A stretch of DNA of 47,455 nt, the filler included, from Trypethelium eluteriae (taxonomy: Eukaryota), in the NCBI GenBank assembly GCA_051942245.1. It is 2 parts of 2 records of this genome, joined end to end, with 100 filler letters (N's around TTAATTAATTAA, not from the genome) between each part and the next. Parts side by side here need not be neighbours in the genome. Positions count along the whole stretch, not along the records: positions 23,860 to 47,455 come from JAVECL010000417.1; 1 more part is not named here. One strand, written 5' to 3'. Positions within the stretch are counted from its first letter, which is position 1, and each line of letters begins with the position of its first letter. A model generated the notes under the pieces. That model ran no database searches and was not told the origin of the DNA. It saw nothing but the letters and a program-made list of their open reading frames with translations. The position numbers were made by a program, and so were the translations under genes. Of this stretch, positions 24,499 to 36,118 are shown in pieces.

Positions 24499-25851
24499 AT
24501 GGATGCCGCGTATGACCGCATTCAGGAGGAGGTGACCTCGCCCTCTACTGGTGGGGAGAAAGAGGACAACAAGCAAGACAGCACTCTTACGAGTGAGCTC
24601 CAAGAAGCTTATAAGGCCTTCTCTACGAGCTCATGGGGTGCCAGTCTTGGGGGCTTTCTCGGGTCGGTCAGATCACGGGTATAAATGCGAAGAAAGTCAA
24701 GATTCAACGGATTGTTACTAATGTTTTCCCGTAGGGCGAGAGTATTGTCCAAGGAGCCCGTCAGGAATTCCTAGGCGAGTACAATGCTGCGAGCTCTCAA
24801 GCTGCTGCAGGCTACGACGAGCTACAAACCCAGCTTGAAAATGCTACCGAAAAGGTCACCCTAAACACACCAAGCCCCAGCAAGGATAGTTTCAATAAGG
24901 ACAGCCCCGCAGATGGACCCTCTCTCGAGAAGCCGGAAGATCTCGGCGCAGATATTGTGAAAGAGGCTGAGTCCATGCTCTCTCGTTTCCGCACTGAAGC
25001 GTCGAAGCGCCTCAAGGATATTGAAAAGGCTGAAGACGCCGCAGACGAAGCACTCCTCAAGTTTGGGACAAACATCCGCAACTTCCTCCGCGATGCCGTC
25101 TCCATTACAGCACCCGAAGATGGCGCCTCCGGGGACGGGAAGTCGCAGGTGCTTTTCGAGAGCAGAGACTCCGAAGGCAGACGCGTGATTCATACCACAC
25201 GATTTGATGCGCAGTTGCATGTCATCCATTCCAGCCTCGATAGCTTTCTGAAGGACCCTTCAAGCCCGGAGTACGAAAAATGGGCAAAGGACTTTGATGT
25301 GGAGAAAAAGACGGATCAGATTGCGAGAGATCTGGAGAAGTATGAAGAGTTAAGGCGCGCAATGGAGAAGCTGGTGCCAGAGAAGGTCGAGTATGCCGAC
25401 TTTTGGAAGAGGTATTACTTCTTGAGACATGTGATTGAGACAGAGGAGGCAAAGAGGCGGGAAATGTTGCGGGGTGAGTGGAGGATACAAGCATCATTGT
25501 GAGACGTTAAGCTAAATAGGAGTAATAGGTGCCGCCACTGGCGATGACGAGGAAGTTGCTTGGGATGAAGACTCGGACGAAGAGACTTCGACACCGAACG
25601 CACAGAAGAACAACCTCACTTCCGCCTCACAAACAACATTGCAGGCAGCCCCGTTAGGGAAGGTGGAAGGCGACAATACAGATATGTTAAAACCAGTGGA
25701 AGGGCGACGCTCGAACGATGAAAAATCACAAGCTGATAGCGATGCAAGCTATGACATAGTGAGCGGAGCTACGAGTCGTGCCTCTGGAAGCCCAAAAGAG
25801 AAAAAGGCGGAACCTGTCAAGGAGGAAAGTGATGAAGAGGACTGGGAATAG
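24499..25851 (+). CDS. BSD-domain protein (Dos2-like); exons 24499-24678, 24735-25473, 25529-25851
   Basis: [36 protein letters not shown] (BSD FW motif), EEVAWDED, acidic end EEDWE*. Introns 24679-24734 and 25474-25528 keep frame. Confidence 0.9.
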
Positions 25852-26128
25852 CGGGCGATTCTATAAGGTGTTCGGAGTAGTAGTGACAGACCTCATGCAT
25901 GCCAGGGCATTTTGAAGTTAATGTATACGTCGCTCTCGGGGCTACGGGTTGGGACAGTCTTTCTTGCTTTGTAGAGGTCAATCTCCTTGATTGCAGAATG
26001 AAGACTTGTTTTCAACTAATCGTTCCATACGATCCTAATACACGTCTGGACCTTTCCTTCCTACCCTGGAAATATTATACCATTCAAGAAGACGTTGGAC
26101 GCAGTTGAATACAAGAGTGCTCTCCATA

Positions 26129-26546
26129 CTACGAAGACTCTGGAGCAGTCTCATCTTTACTCCCTCTCCTAAACAAACTCAAGATCGATCCTCTTCTCGA
26201 ACTACCATCACTCGAAGGCATCGACCAGCTGCTACTCTTACGTCTCTTTCTCTCTTCCGTAGCGACTGGAGTGCTGTCCGCGCTATTGAGTGAAGCACGA
26301 CCTGCAGTTTTCGTTCAGTCCACCAGCTCAATCATGACGTGGATAGCATGTCCGCGGAGAAGTGCAGAACTTACGAAGATTTCCAGCTCCACCGCGACCA
26401 TATGATGTGCAGCGCTCAACCACGACGTTATCGTCCTTCATATTTGGTATTTGAGAATTGCGTTGCTGGTGTGAATGTAACAGTGGCAGCTCAGTATCGT
26501 TGGATGCTCTCCCAGAGCCTTGAGCTTCGATCTTCTGCTTCAACAT
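26129..26546 (-). CDS. Small two-exon protein with GRGGAGN motif (DUF3602/Par32-type repeat); exons 26546 (or 26441)-26375 and 26301-26129
   Basis: SYGRGGAGNL is followed by a canonical GTAAGT donor (26374) and CTGAA...TGCAG acceptor (26302). Exon 2 is open to TAG at 26129: RRASLNSADSTPVATEERKRRKSSSWSMPSSDGSSRRGSILSLFRRGSKDETAPESS*. Confidence 0.75.
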
Positions 26547-27585
26547 GACCGACACTTGGATTATAAGAGAATTAGAACTCTTGGCAAACGGAGCCTTTCC
26601 AATGTCGCTCTCTCCCTTCCCTATCTCTGCCCTCTCAGCTCGCGCCGCTTGGCTGGAACCCTGTAAGCCAATGTGCTCATCTTGCAGTGTCTGAAGATCT
26701 TATGCCAATCAGTTTAGCAAGGCAAATGAAATCCTGACCGTGAAGGTCTGTAAAGGTCAGCTAGTGTATAACAATAGGCAAAAAGAGATAAGCAAATGCC
26801 AAGACATTGGCCCGGGTCTGCAGGATATTACAACTCGGTGCCACACTAAGCCATTTACGCGGATTGAAGTACTCCAGATAATTTCCCCGCATCCGAAAAG
26901 CTTAATTAGACTGTCCATCGTAAGGTACTTGGACCATCTTGAGGGTGTGGGTGATAGATAGGGGCATGCACGCTGATTGGATGGAATCAGCATTCCAGAT
27001 AGCTGGACAATGGAAAGAGTAAGCAATTTGCGAATGAAATGTCCGTATGTGTACTTTGCTTCGGCGTTTGGTCTTTACTGAAATTGGTTGGTAAACGAAA
27101 ATGATACTTTTCATTTATGTCATAACTCCATAGACTAAAATAAGCATAGCAAAGATCAAGTATATCAGGAGTGATTTCCGAGTCATGAGATACATGTATA
27201 ATTCGATCAAAGTCACATGGCCCCATTAGAAGTCAAAATCAGAAGTATTAGTACAGACCAGGCCCAGGCGGTCGATGTTTCAACCTCCTGATATTCTGGG
27301 CCTTTGTTTTCCTGATCTGTATTGCTTGAGATTCAAAATCTTCGGAGACCGAATCTACGATAAGTCCTTGTCTTAGCACGAATAGAGACCGAAAGACCTA
27401 CTACTAGATAGAATTCCATTGAGAGTCTTCGTTTATCGGGCAATTGAGAACTCTTGGATGCGAGCGTCAGATCCTCGATCCCAGGCGTAGAATTGCTCAC
27501 GCTTTGATGATCACAAACGTCGGCCGTCCTCAAGGTCAAAAATAACGCAGCAGGATTTGTGGCCTCCTCATTTAGTCCAGATCCT

Positions 27586-28134
27586 TTAAGGGAGTTTCTG
27601 AAGAACGTCCTTCGTCATCATGATTTCTCCAAATGCAAACCCGAAGCCTCGCAGACCAGCTTTGTGCTGCTTTTCGTTCGCAGTGCCGCATGCATCGTCT
27701 ACGAGCCATGTCTCGAACCCTCGATTGAATGCGCTTCGTGCTGTCGTGTCACAGCAGCAGTCCGTCATGGTGCCGCATACCACTACGCGGCATACCCAGG
27801 CGTCCTTCAATTTGGCCTCGAGCTGAGTGTTGATGAATGCATCGTATGTGTTCTTTGGGACCAGCTCGTCTGCTTTACAGACCTCCTCGATTTCAGGTTG
27901 AAGTTTCCATTCAGCGGAGCCGATTGCTATCGATCCGTCAGGGCCCCATTTACGAACGAGCGGGTTGGGATAGGGTGGGGAGAGCTCCTCTTTCGTATGC
28001 CCGTGTTGTGTGAAGAAGACGGGTAGTGCTTGAGAGTGAAAATGAGAAACGAGCTTGAGCACATTCGGTAGAGCTTTAGTTGTCATCGAAGAGAAGAAAC
28101 TTTGCATGTCAACGACAAGCAGAGCCGTCGCCAT
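27586..28134 (-). CDS. Isochorismatase/cysteine hydrolase family protein, 182 aa, intronless
   Basis: ALLVVDMQ (Asp), PKNTYDAF (Lys) and GTMTDCCCDTTARSAFNRGF (Cys) form the catalytic triad; first ATG at 28134. Confidence 0.9.
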   Translation of the reverse strand: MATALLVVDMQSFFSSMTTKALPNVLKLVSHFHSQALPVFFTQHGHTKEELSPPYPNPLVRKWGPDGSIAIGSAEWKLQPEIEEVCKADELVPKNTYDAFINTQLEAKLKDAWVCRVVVCGTMTDCCCDTTARSAFNRGFETWLVDDACGTANEKQHKAGLRGFGFAFGEIMMTKDVLQKLP

Positions 28135-28342
28135 AATTGCTAGATCACTCGTATGGAGCTCAGAGATGAGATATCGAAGAATTCGTTGAGACGACAACTG
28201 CTCAAAGTGCTTCAGGATTTAGCTATCTTCAAGCATAGCCTTTAGTAACGAAAGTAATGACTATGGGTCAACGTGGGAAAGCAAACATATTTGTGGATGC
28301 CAATGCTGTCACGAGATATGAAGTCACTTCACGCCAGTCAAC

Positions 28343-28360
28343 ACCTAGGTACCTAGGTAC
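28343..28360. repeat. Tandem palindromic octamer (ACCTAGGT)2AC
   Basis: acctaggtacctaggtac read directly in the divergent intergenic region. Confidence 0.7.
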
Positions 28361-28675
28361 GCATCAATAACACTCAAGATCGCGCACATGGAGCTTCGTT
28401 AGTCTAAGCTGTAATGCAACAGCAAACTAAGGTAAATGCGAAAAGGAATGCGATAGATGGAAATCCGATCCAAGACCCCTGGAGGACCGAAGCGCCATTG
28501 TGGAGCTTCTTTCCGACGTCATAGTGTAGCATTCCCGTAATCAAACGGCTCCCTCAATCAGCGAAGTTAAACCCATTCGCATTGCAGCTCTCCATTCGAA
28601 CAGCCCGATTCCAGATCATCTTAGTCCTCGAAAAACAATATCCAATCATCGAAGATCGATCTCACCACCATAGCA

Positions 28676-28996
28676 ATGCCTCTCCTCCGCGTTCTCTCCC
28701 GCCGGCCTCTCCATCTCTCCACTCTCCGATGCTCTCCTCGCCCCTCCCGTCCATTCTCCTCGCAGACCGCTCTCCTCGTCAAAGAAGACAAACCTCATGA
28801 CCCAGAGCATCTCGAGTCCGTCAAGCAATCACAGCTGAAGAAGCAGGAAAAGGGTGAAGGGCATTGGCACGAGGAGCTGGCGAGCTCTGGAGAGAGCCAT
28901 GTAAAGGCGGATCGCGAGAAGGTTGACGATCACGGGGAGCACATGGAGGAGTTGCAGAAGCATACGAAGGGAAAGGCTGAGAAGGGGGAAATATGA
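28676..28996 (+). CDS. Small predicted mitochondrial protein, 106 aa
   Basis: Arg/Ser/Leu-rich, acid-free N-terminus ending RPFSS (presequence-like). Charged C-terminal part with GHWHEELASSGESHVKADR, resembling a conserved fungal hypothetical family. Confidence 0.8.
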   Translation: MPLLRVLSRRPLHLSTLRCSPRPSRPFSSQTALLVKEDKPHDPEHLESVKQSQLKKQEKGEGHWHEELASSGESHVKADREKVDDHGEHMEELQKHTKGKAEKGEI

Positions 28997-29504
28997 CAAA
29001 TTGAGGGAAGTAGGGTGTGGGGAGAGAGATTTGACGCAACTGAGAGGGGAGCATAGGGCATCGGATGCAAGGTGTATGTATATATAGGGCGGACCGGGGT
29101 GTGGAGATGTCTCTGTGGATGACAGTGGCAAGCTTGGAATTTTACATCATGCGACGTTCTTGCTGGTTCCTTATTACTGCTCTGTTGCTCCAAAAGAAGA
29201 TCTATCAAGTCGGATCTGCTTGATCTGAGTCTTGTGCGTGATTCCTTGGAACTGGATTGCTCGGCCCTACGAAGATACCAGAAGTCAATCATGAGATCAA
29301 ATGTGGAACGTAATAAGTATGCATTTCAGGCATGTCTTAATTATTGAAAGTCTTATGCGTCGCTCGGGGCAATTGTAAATGCTTCCGAGAATTACCTCAA
29401 CGCCACAGGCCCTTCTAAGCGTCGAAGACGCCTATGCAATTGAGAACGCTATCATATGCAACGGCCCCAATCCTGAGGAAACCCGATAATTAATGCGTCA
29501 TCCA

Positions 29505-32500
29505 TCACCGAGCCGGCACTCGTTGGAAGAACACGATGTAAGCCTGCTCATTCTGCAGTTTTGCGCCCTCTCTTAACCGAGAAGGTTCGAAGTCGTCTAC
29601 CTTCGCGTCGTTGAATTGTCTCCAGCACTGCCGCGCTTGATCTTTGACCAGAGCCACATAGTGTCCACTCGTCATTGTGGTTCCCAGATGCCGCATCACC
29701 GCATACGCATCGTATACTTGGGGAGGCGACATGGCCTGGTCTGGCTTCAATTGTTCTGGACCATAGTTCCGAGCAATAAAGTCAGATTCTTCCGGCAATG
29801 GCGGCGGAAGCATGTAAGGCTCGAGATCGAGGCCGTGCAATGGGAAGTCTACAGGCGTGCGGACCTTCCGGGCAGATTCAGTCCGAGACGCAGAAAATCG
29901 TTTGAAATGCACGACTAGGAATTGCGGCGCACGGGTGATGGTGATTTGTTTCGTAGCCTCCCGCTCTTTATTGCATCGAGGACACTTCCAGACATCGTCG
30001 TCGGAAAGCCGTTCCTCCGCACAGTAGTGACGAAGGCAGTCACGAATGTCACCAGTGCCGGAGCGCGGTATCTCAACGCTGATACTGTAGAAAGCTTCGT
30101 AGGTCGTGGAGGTAAAATTGCAGGTCATGCAGCGCAATCGAGAGGCGTGCTGACCTGCAAATAGATTGGTGAGGTAAGACTGTTCTCGATGAAGGTACCG
30201 TTGCCACTCGGTCTTGGAAACTGAAAATTTGGGTAAGCGCTCACGCCTAGCCTCCTCTTCAGACGTAAGAGTACGTAACGGAGCGCGAGACCAGTTGGTA
30301 TTCAAGTCTTCATGCAGCACATCAATAAGGAAATCGAAAAACTCTTTTGCGTCCTGCTGACGGTCAATACCCCATTCCTGATTTAATCTCGAACAGAAGC
30401 CGCGGAATGAAGATGGCCTTATGGCAGAGACATCTCCCTTCCAAAGACTTCGGATGACGATCGCGAAGAATTCAGGCATGAGCCCCCTAGACCCCTTCCA
30501 ATTATCCTTCTGTACGAAGCTCCTAAAAGCGTCATCGCGAAAAAAGAGCGACAAAGGTGCAGTAGCGCTAAGGCATTGAAGAGTAGCATTCATGTAGCAG
30601 GTCACACCAAAATTGACCAAGCCCGTCCGAGGAAGTCGTAGGTTTTGCGGAAGATTTTGTGGTGGAATATAAGATGGAAGATGTGTCGAGCGCGAAACAG
30701 GAGCGTTCGAAGAGACGCTTCGATCATGTACACCACTGTAACTGACTCTTGGAGCCGCAGGGGCCGGTCGCGTGGGGACTTGGGGGACAGGCGGTGGCTG
30801 ATAACTTGGCATTGGAGGTGGTAAGCGTTCTGGTGGCTGAGCAGCAACCATAGATTGCTGTTCGAGTGCAGACACTTCAGGAAATCGACGCAGATAGTCC
30901 TCGTAGCTTCGTACAATAGGCGTCGCATTCTCGGGCTGCTCTTCATCGTCTTCGCCAGGCGGCGGTCGTTCCACAGATACACTCTCAATCCGGGCCTTTT
31001 CTTCCCATTTTCGCTCTTCCTCTGCATCGAGGGGATTATAGTCTCGTAATCGCCGTTTCTGTACAAGGAGGCTCGATTCTCGAGCAACAGGTACTCTGCC
31101 AAGCCGTCTTGCTGCCTTTTCGGATTTTTGCGCTCTGACTTGAACCGCTGTGTCGGAAGTCTTCAGAGCTTGATCTCCGACAAGATCAGCCCAAGCTTCT
31201 ATGCCACCGCTGAGTAGTATTGGAGGACGGCGCAACGGCTTCTCTTGATTGAACTCGGAGAGAGCGTCATGTAGCCATCGTAATGCAGCTTCCCGATCTG
31301 TTTTCTCTGAATTGTTACTGAGGTAACTATCTGTTATCGTTGTTCTGTCGTAGTAAACGACTAGATCGTACTGGTCCCGACGATCAAACATCTCTTGTTC
31401 TGCATCAGGAGAAATTATTAATGAATCCTGAAGCTCCTCCGCTGACATATTAGGTCTCAGACCAGTAGGCTCTATACACATTATCGATTGAGACCAGATG
31501 TGACCCTCATCATATTCCACGCGGGGTCGCACGTCAATCAGTAAGACTGCATACATGCGGAGGAAATCATAGAGCTTCTCCGCAGGTATTTGAGTTTCAC
31601 TAGAAAGATTAAGGGAATGTCCCCTGGTAGGTCTATTTGCGAGGGGTCCGCGTGCAGATGGAGGAAAGTATGACGATACCGACTCCTCATCTATGCTCGG
31701 CTGTCGAGAAGACTCAGTAGAGGCAACGACGGAACTGGTACGCCGACCTGTGGATACCATGCTTCTAGCAGTGGTGCGCGGAGGGTTGATGCTAGCTGGA
31801 GTTGGCATGTTGCGGGCGGGACTATAGGTTGGACTTGGCGCTTTGGGCATAGCATTTGCGATGTGGACATCGAGAGGAAGCTTCGGGGGATGCGGAGGTC
31901 CTGACGAGCCCTGCGGCATTCCACGAGGCCCAATGAGTCGTGTGGACGGATGCGGTACCGCAGCTTGATTTCCGAAGGATGCTGCAGACTCCCAACTCGA
32001 AGGCGAAGGCATCGTTACCGGAGAATCGACTGCCAATGACCGCTGCGACGAGGACGTGCCAGGTCGTAGTGACGGCGGAATAGTGTCAACGGAAATACCA
32101 GACGTTCTCAATCGAGCAAATCGCTCACCAAGGGCATCGACCGGAGCTGGTCTCGGTTGTCCGCTTGATTCTGTGCTGCTATATTGTAAGATTTGCCCAT
32201 GCATACCCTCTGGCTTTGGGTGTACAGGTGGGCGGGTTTTTGAAGGAGTTGACCGACCAGATGGTACATCCGATACACTACCAACAGAAGTGCGATTGGC
32301 TCCGCGTCTTGGACTATACCTCTCTTCATACACTGGGCCATCAGGCATGAACAGGTGACCCTGCTCAGATGCCGGTGCATGAGATGAGTGAAATGAATGG
32401 ACAGAGTCTCGACTTGTTGGTCGACTGCGAGAGTCTGTTACGACAGAGATTCTCCCAGTTGGCTGTACACCACTTCTCCTGTTATCATTGACTATTATAT

Positions 32501-33089
32501 CTTTGATTTTGGCGAATTGTTCGTGCTGCGCGTCGAGTTTCTATAATGTGTAAGTACTCGAGGAATAGACTGCTGGCTTGCTATTGTCACTAATGGTTTC
32601 TACCTTTTTGAGATCTTTGTTTTGACGATGGAGACGGCCCCTGTCCCCTTGAAGCGCTGGAGCATCCTTGTGCCGGGGTATTATATTGAGAACGATATCA
32701 GACGCTGTCAGGTATTCTATATATGCTAAGTCAGGGCGACGAAACTCCACATTCGCTTCTGCTGCGCGTGCTGATTCTAAAGCTTGATTCAGAAGTGCAC
32801 TAATCTAGTTTCCAGAACATTAGCCATCGTCTCGTCAAAAGCAGGGTCTCGAACTTTATACCGAGGCATAGGGATTGATGGCCTGCGTAGCTCTTGCCTG
32901 CAAATCCAGAATGTGAGGCATGTAAGACGGCGATCGCCCATGGCTGGTAGGGCCGCCTCCATTCGCACCAGGCCATTGCTTAGAATGCCCGTTGACGCTA
33001 TTCACACCATAAGATTCTCCATAGCCAGCAGAGGCGCGTGCTGAACGTGGCGGCGATAGGGGAGGCGGCAACGGTGCCGCAGCGCTCAT
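29505..33089 (-). CDS. DOA4: Ubiquitin-specific protease Doa4/Ubp4 (USP8-like); exons 33089-32862, 32804-32604, 32540-29505
   Basis: N-terminal helical domain (FRRPDLAYIEYL), rhodanese-like domain (LLIDVRPR..YDEGHI; LSGGIEAW), USP Cys box GLVNFGVTCYMNATLQCL, QQDAKEF, His box SGHYVALV..WRQFND. Introns 32805-32861 and 32541-32603 keep frame. Confidence 0.92.
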
Positions 33090-33586
33090 AGCTGTTGAGA
33101 AGAGGATGTTTGGAAGACCGGCATGTCTAACGCGAATCTGTGCAGTTTGTAAGATGAGCCGTCGTCGTGAGTTGTTGAAGTTTGCGGAGCTGTATGAAAG
33201 GCGCTGGCGCGGAAGAAACGATTGAACGAGGATTCTAGCGGTGGCAACTCGACCTCTTTAGAGAGTTCAGAACGCGATGAAGGTTAGACGTCGACGAGAG
33301 GAGAGGATGATGGGATATGGGCGCACTGCACAAAACTAGGTTCGGCCTGAGACATGTGCAGTTCGTCGTCATTGGGTTTGCGCCACAGCTCGGCCATCTG
33401 CGCCACACCTCGTCCAACGTCGATCTCCCCTCCGCCGTACTCAGACAAATACGCCCTGGTGCGCCACTCAACTCGTCTCTTCTTACAGAGGCCCAAACTC
33501 CATAGCCATCCGAGAAATCGACCCTCATATCCTGTAGCCTTTTCTGCAACTGAGCATCCCGTCCACTCGGTTTCCGACCTCGCATC

Positions 33587-36118
33587 ATGGCGGGCTGGTT
33601 CGCCTCCAGCTCTGAGCTCGACCAACAGATCGAGCGAGCAACGTCGTCCAGCTTGTAAGTTTAGCAAAAGCGGTGCAGCATCCTACGAGGCATGCAATCA
33701 CTGACGAATCAAAGGGAGAATATTGCCCTCAACCTCGAAATTTCCGACCTCATCAGATCCAAAACCGTACAGCCGAAGGAAGCTATGCGCGCTTTGAAAC
33801 GGCGGTTAGGCAACAAGAACCCAAATATTCAGCTGGCTACGTTAAATGTATGGATGGTCTCGTACATCTCTTGGCATCTGACGCTCTTCTGACTTCTCTA
33901 GCTTACCGATACCTGCGTGAAGAATGGGGGTTCGCATTTTATCGCCGAAATAGCCTCACGAGAATTCATCGATAACCTCACCTCCCTACTCAAAGCTTAT
34001 GGGACTACTGCACCGAATGAGGACGTCAAGAACAGAATGCTCGAGCTCATACAAGCTTGGGCTGTGGCCGCTGAAGGACAGAGTAATCTCATGTACGTCT
34101 TCGAGGTCTATAGGACACTGCAGAGAGAAGGCTACCGATTTCCCCCAAGAGTGGATGTTGCAAGAAGCATGTTTGATAGTAGCGCGGTACGCATAAGATT
34201 CACATCAGCACTACGAATGTCAGCTTCTAATACTTTTTAGCCTCCTGAGTGGACGGATTCGGATGTTTGCATGCGATGCCGGGAGAAATTTACCTTTACC
34301 AATCGAAAGCATCATTGTCGAAATTGCGGGAACGTCTTTTGTGGCTCCTGCTCAAGCAAAACTATACCTCTTCCACATCTTGGAATCATGCAAGCAGTTC
34401 GGGTTGATGATGGATGCTACGCAAGGATAACGGAAAAGTCTCGAGGAGCACCAATGTCGCCAGGCCCAACCCCTTCGAAACCTGCACGTACGCTGTACCA
34501 GGGATCAATGCAACCTAGAGATGCACGAGTAGATGATAGCTTTGATGCGGACTTAAAACGAGCTCTTGAGATGAGCTTGGAGGAAAGCAAGGGATCTTCT
34601 TCCAATGCGGGATACGTACCCCAGTCACAATTGCAGAACCATGCACCTACGACCAATGGTACATCAAAGAAATTGTCTCCAGTGGAGGAAGAGGACGATC
34701 CGGAACTGAAAGCTGCGATAGCAGCATCTTTGCAGGATATGGAAGAGCAAAAGAAGAAGCATGCAGCAACCCTCAAGGAGCAGTCAAAAACTCCAAATGG
34801 CCATTCTCCGACATCCTTGCCCAAAAACGATTACGAGCTCACACCCGTAGAAGCGGAGAACATACATTTATTCTCCACTCTTGTGGATCGATTGCAGCAT
34901 CAACCCCCTGGCACAATCTTGCGTGAGCCGCAAATCCAAGAATTATACGAAAGTATCGGTATGTTAAGGCCCAAACTCGCGCGCACTTATGGAGAAACAA
35001 TGAGCAAGCACGGTAAGTTACAAAGTTTGCTTCGGTAGAACATGGCTGATAATAGGTCAGACACGCTCTTGGATCTTCACTCAAAACTGGCAACAGTAGT
35101 CAGGTACTACGATCGTATGCTCGAAGACCGTTTGTCGAACACCTATAACCAGCATCCATCGCGAGCTTATGCGGCCTCGGCGTATTCTTCGAGGCCGGCA
35201 TCAAGCATGTATCCAAGCTTGCCAACCAGCATGCCAGAGGGACCAAATGCTGCTGAGAGCTTCTATACAGGAAACACTATGCCATCCGCTCAATCTACAT
35301 ATTCGTCATATCAAAATCCGCCTTCCCCGTACCAGTCTCTCAATAAGCGTGCAACAATTCACGCTGGCTCGTATAACAGTCAACCTCCTCGATCAGATTC
35401 ACAGTATGGACAGCCTTACGACAACCGCTTCACTGGCCCAACCCAACAGCAGACTGCGGGCTCTGCCTATCCGCAAATACCGGAACAGGCTCCACAGATG
35501 GATCGGAGGCGGTCCTCCCAACAATATGCCCCTCAACCTTCTGCACAATATCCTCCATCCCAAGCACCAACAAGTCCCACGGCAGCGTATTACTATGGCG
35601 ACCAAGCTCCTCAAAGCCTTGAGCCCCAACCCCAAGCACCAGGCCCCCAAGCTACTCCAACTCCAATTCCAAATGGACAGCCTTTGATCCAGCAACCTTC
35701 CTCACCCGAGCAATTTCATCACGTACAGCCACCTGCTCAGCACCCTCAGCAAGCTCAATTTGCACCACGACAGCAACCGCCGCCGCAGCAGCAACATCCG
35801 TATCTTCAAAGTCAACCGCCACAACATCAGCAACCGTCTGCTCCTCCATCCCAATATATCTCGTCCCCTCCGCACTTAGACCACTCCGAACAAACCCCCC
35901 AACAATTCTATCAGCAACCCCAACCTCAACAACAAGCACCACTACCGCAATCTCAACCCCAACAGGCGCCGCCCCAGCAACCCCCACAGTGGCAGGCACT
36001 TCCTGCAGCGCAAGTGCAGCCATCGTATGGCCAGCAGTATACGCAAGACTCTTTTCCTAGCGCACCTCAGCATCAGCCGCAGGTCAAGGCGGTGGAAGAG
36101 GCGCTTATTGAATTGTAA
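33587..36118 (+). CDS. VPS27: ESCRT-0 subunit Vps27/Hrs; exons 33587-33654, 33715-33847, 33902-34186, 34241-35012, 35061-36118
   Basis: VHS domain ([27 protein letters not shown]), FYVE ([21 protein letters not shown]), two UIMs ([22 protein letters not shown]), PSAP motifs and C-terminal LIEL. Four frame-preserving introns. Confidence 0.96.

Noticed and set aside
26757..27539. Possible degenerate gene on the minus strand (short ORFs, GTACAC...CAG intron-like segment)
   Set aside because: Spliced products are short with no recognisable family; cannot be supported without homology data.
35169..36023. Long alternative-frame and antisense ORFs in the VPS27 Gln/Pro-rich exon
   Set aside because: Shadow ORFs caused by CAA/CAG/CCN-rich low-complexity coding sequence.
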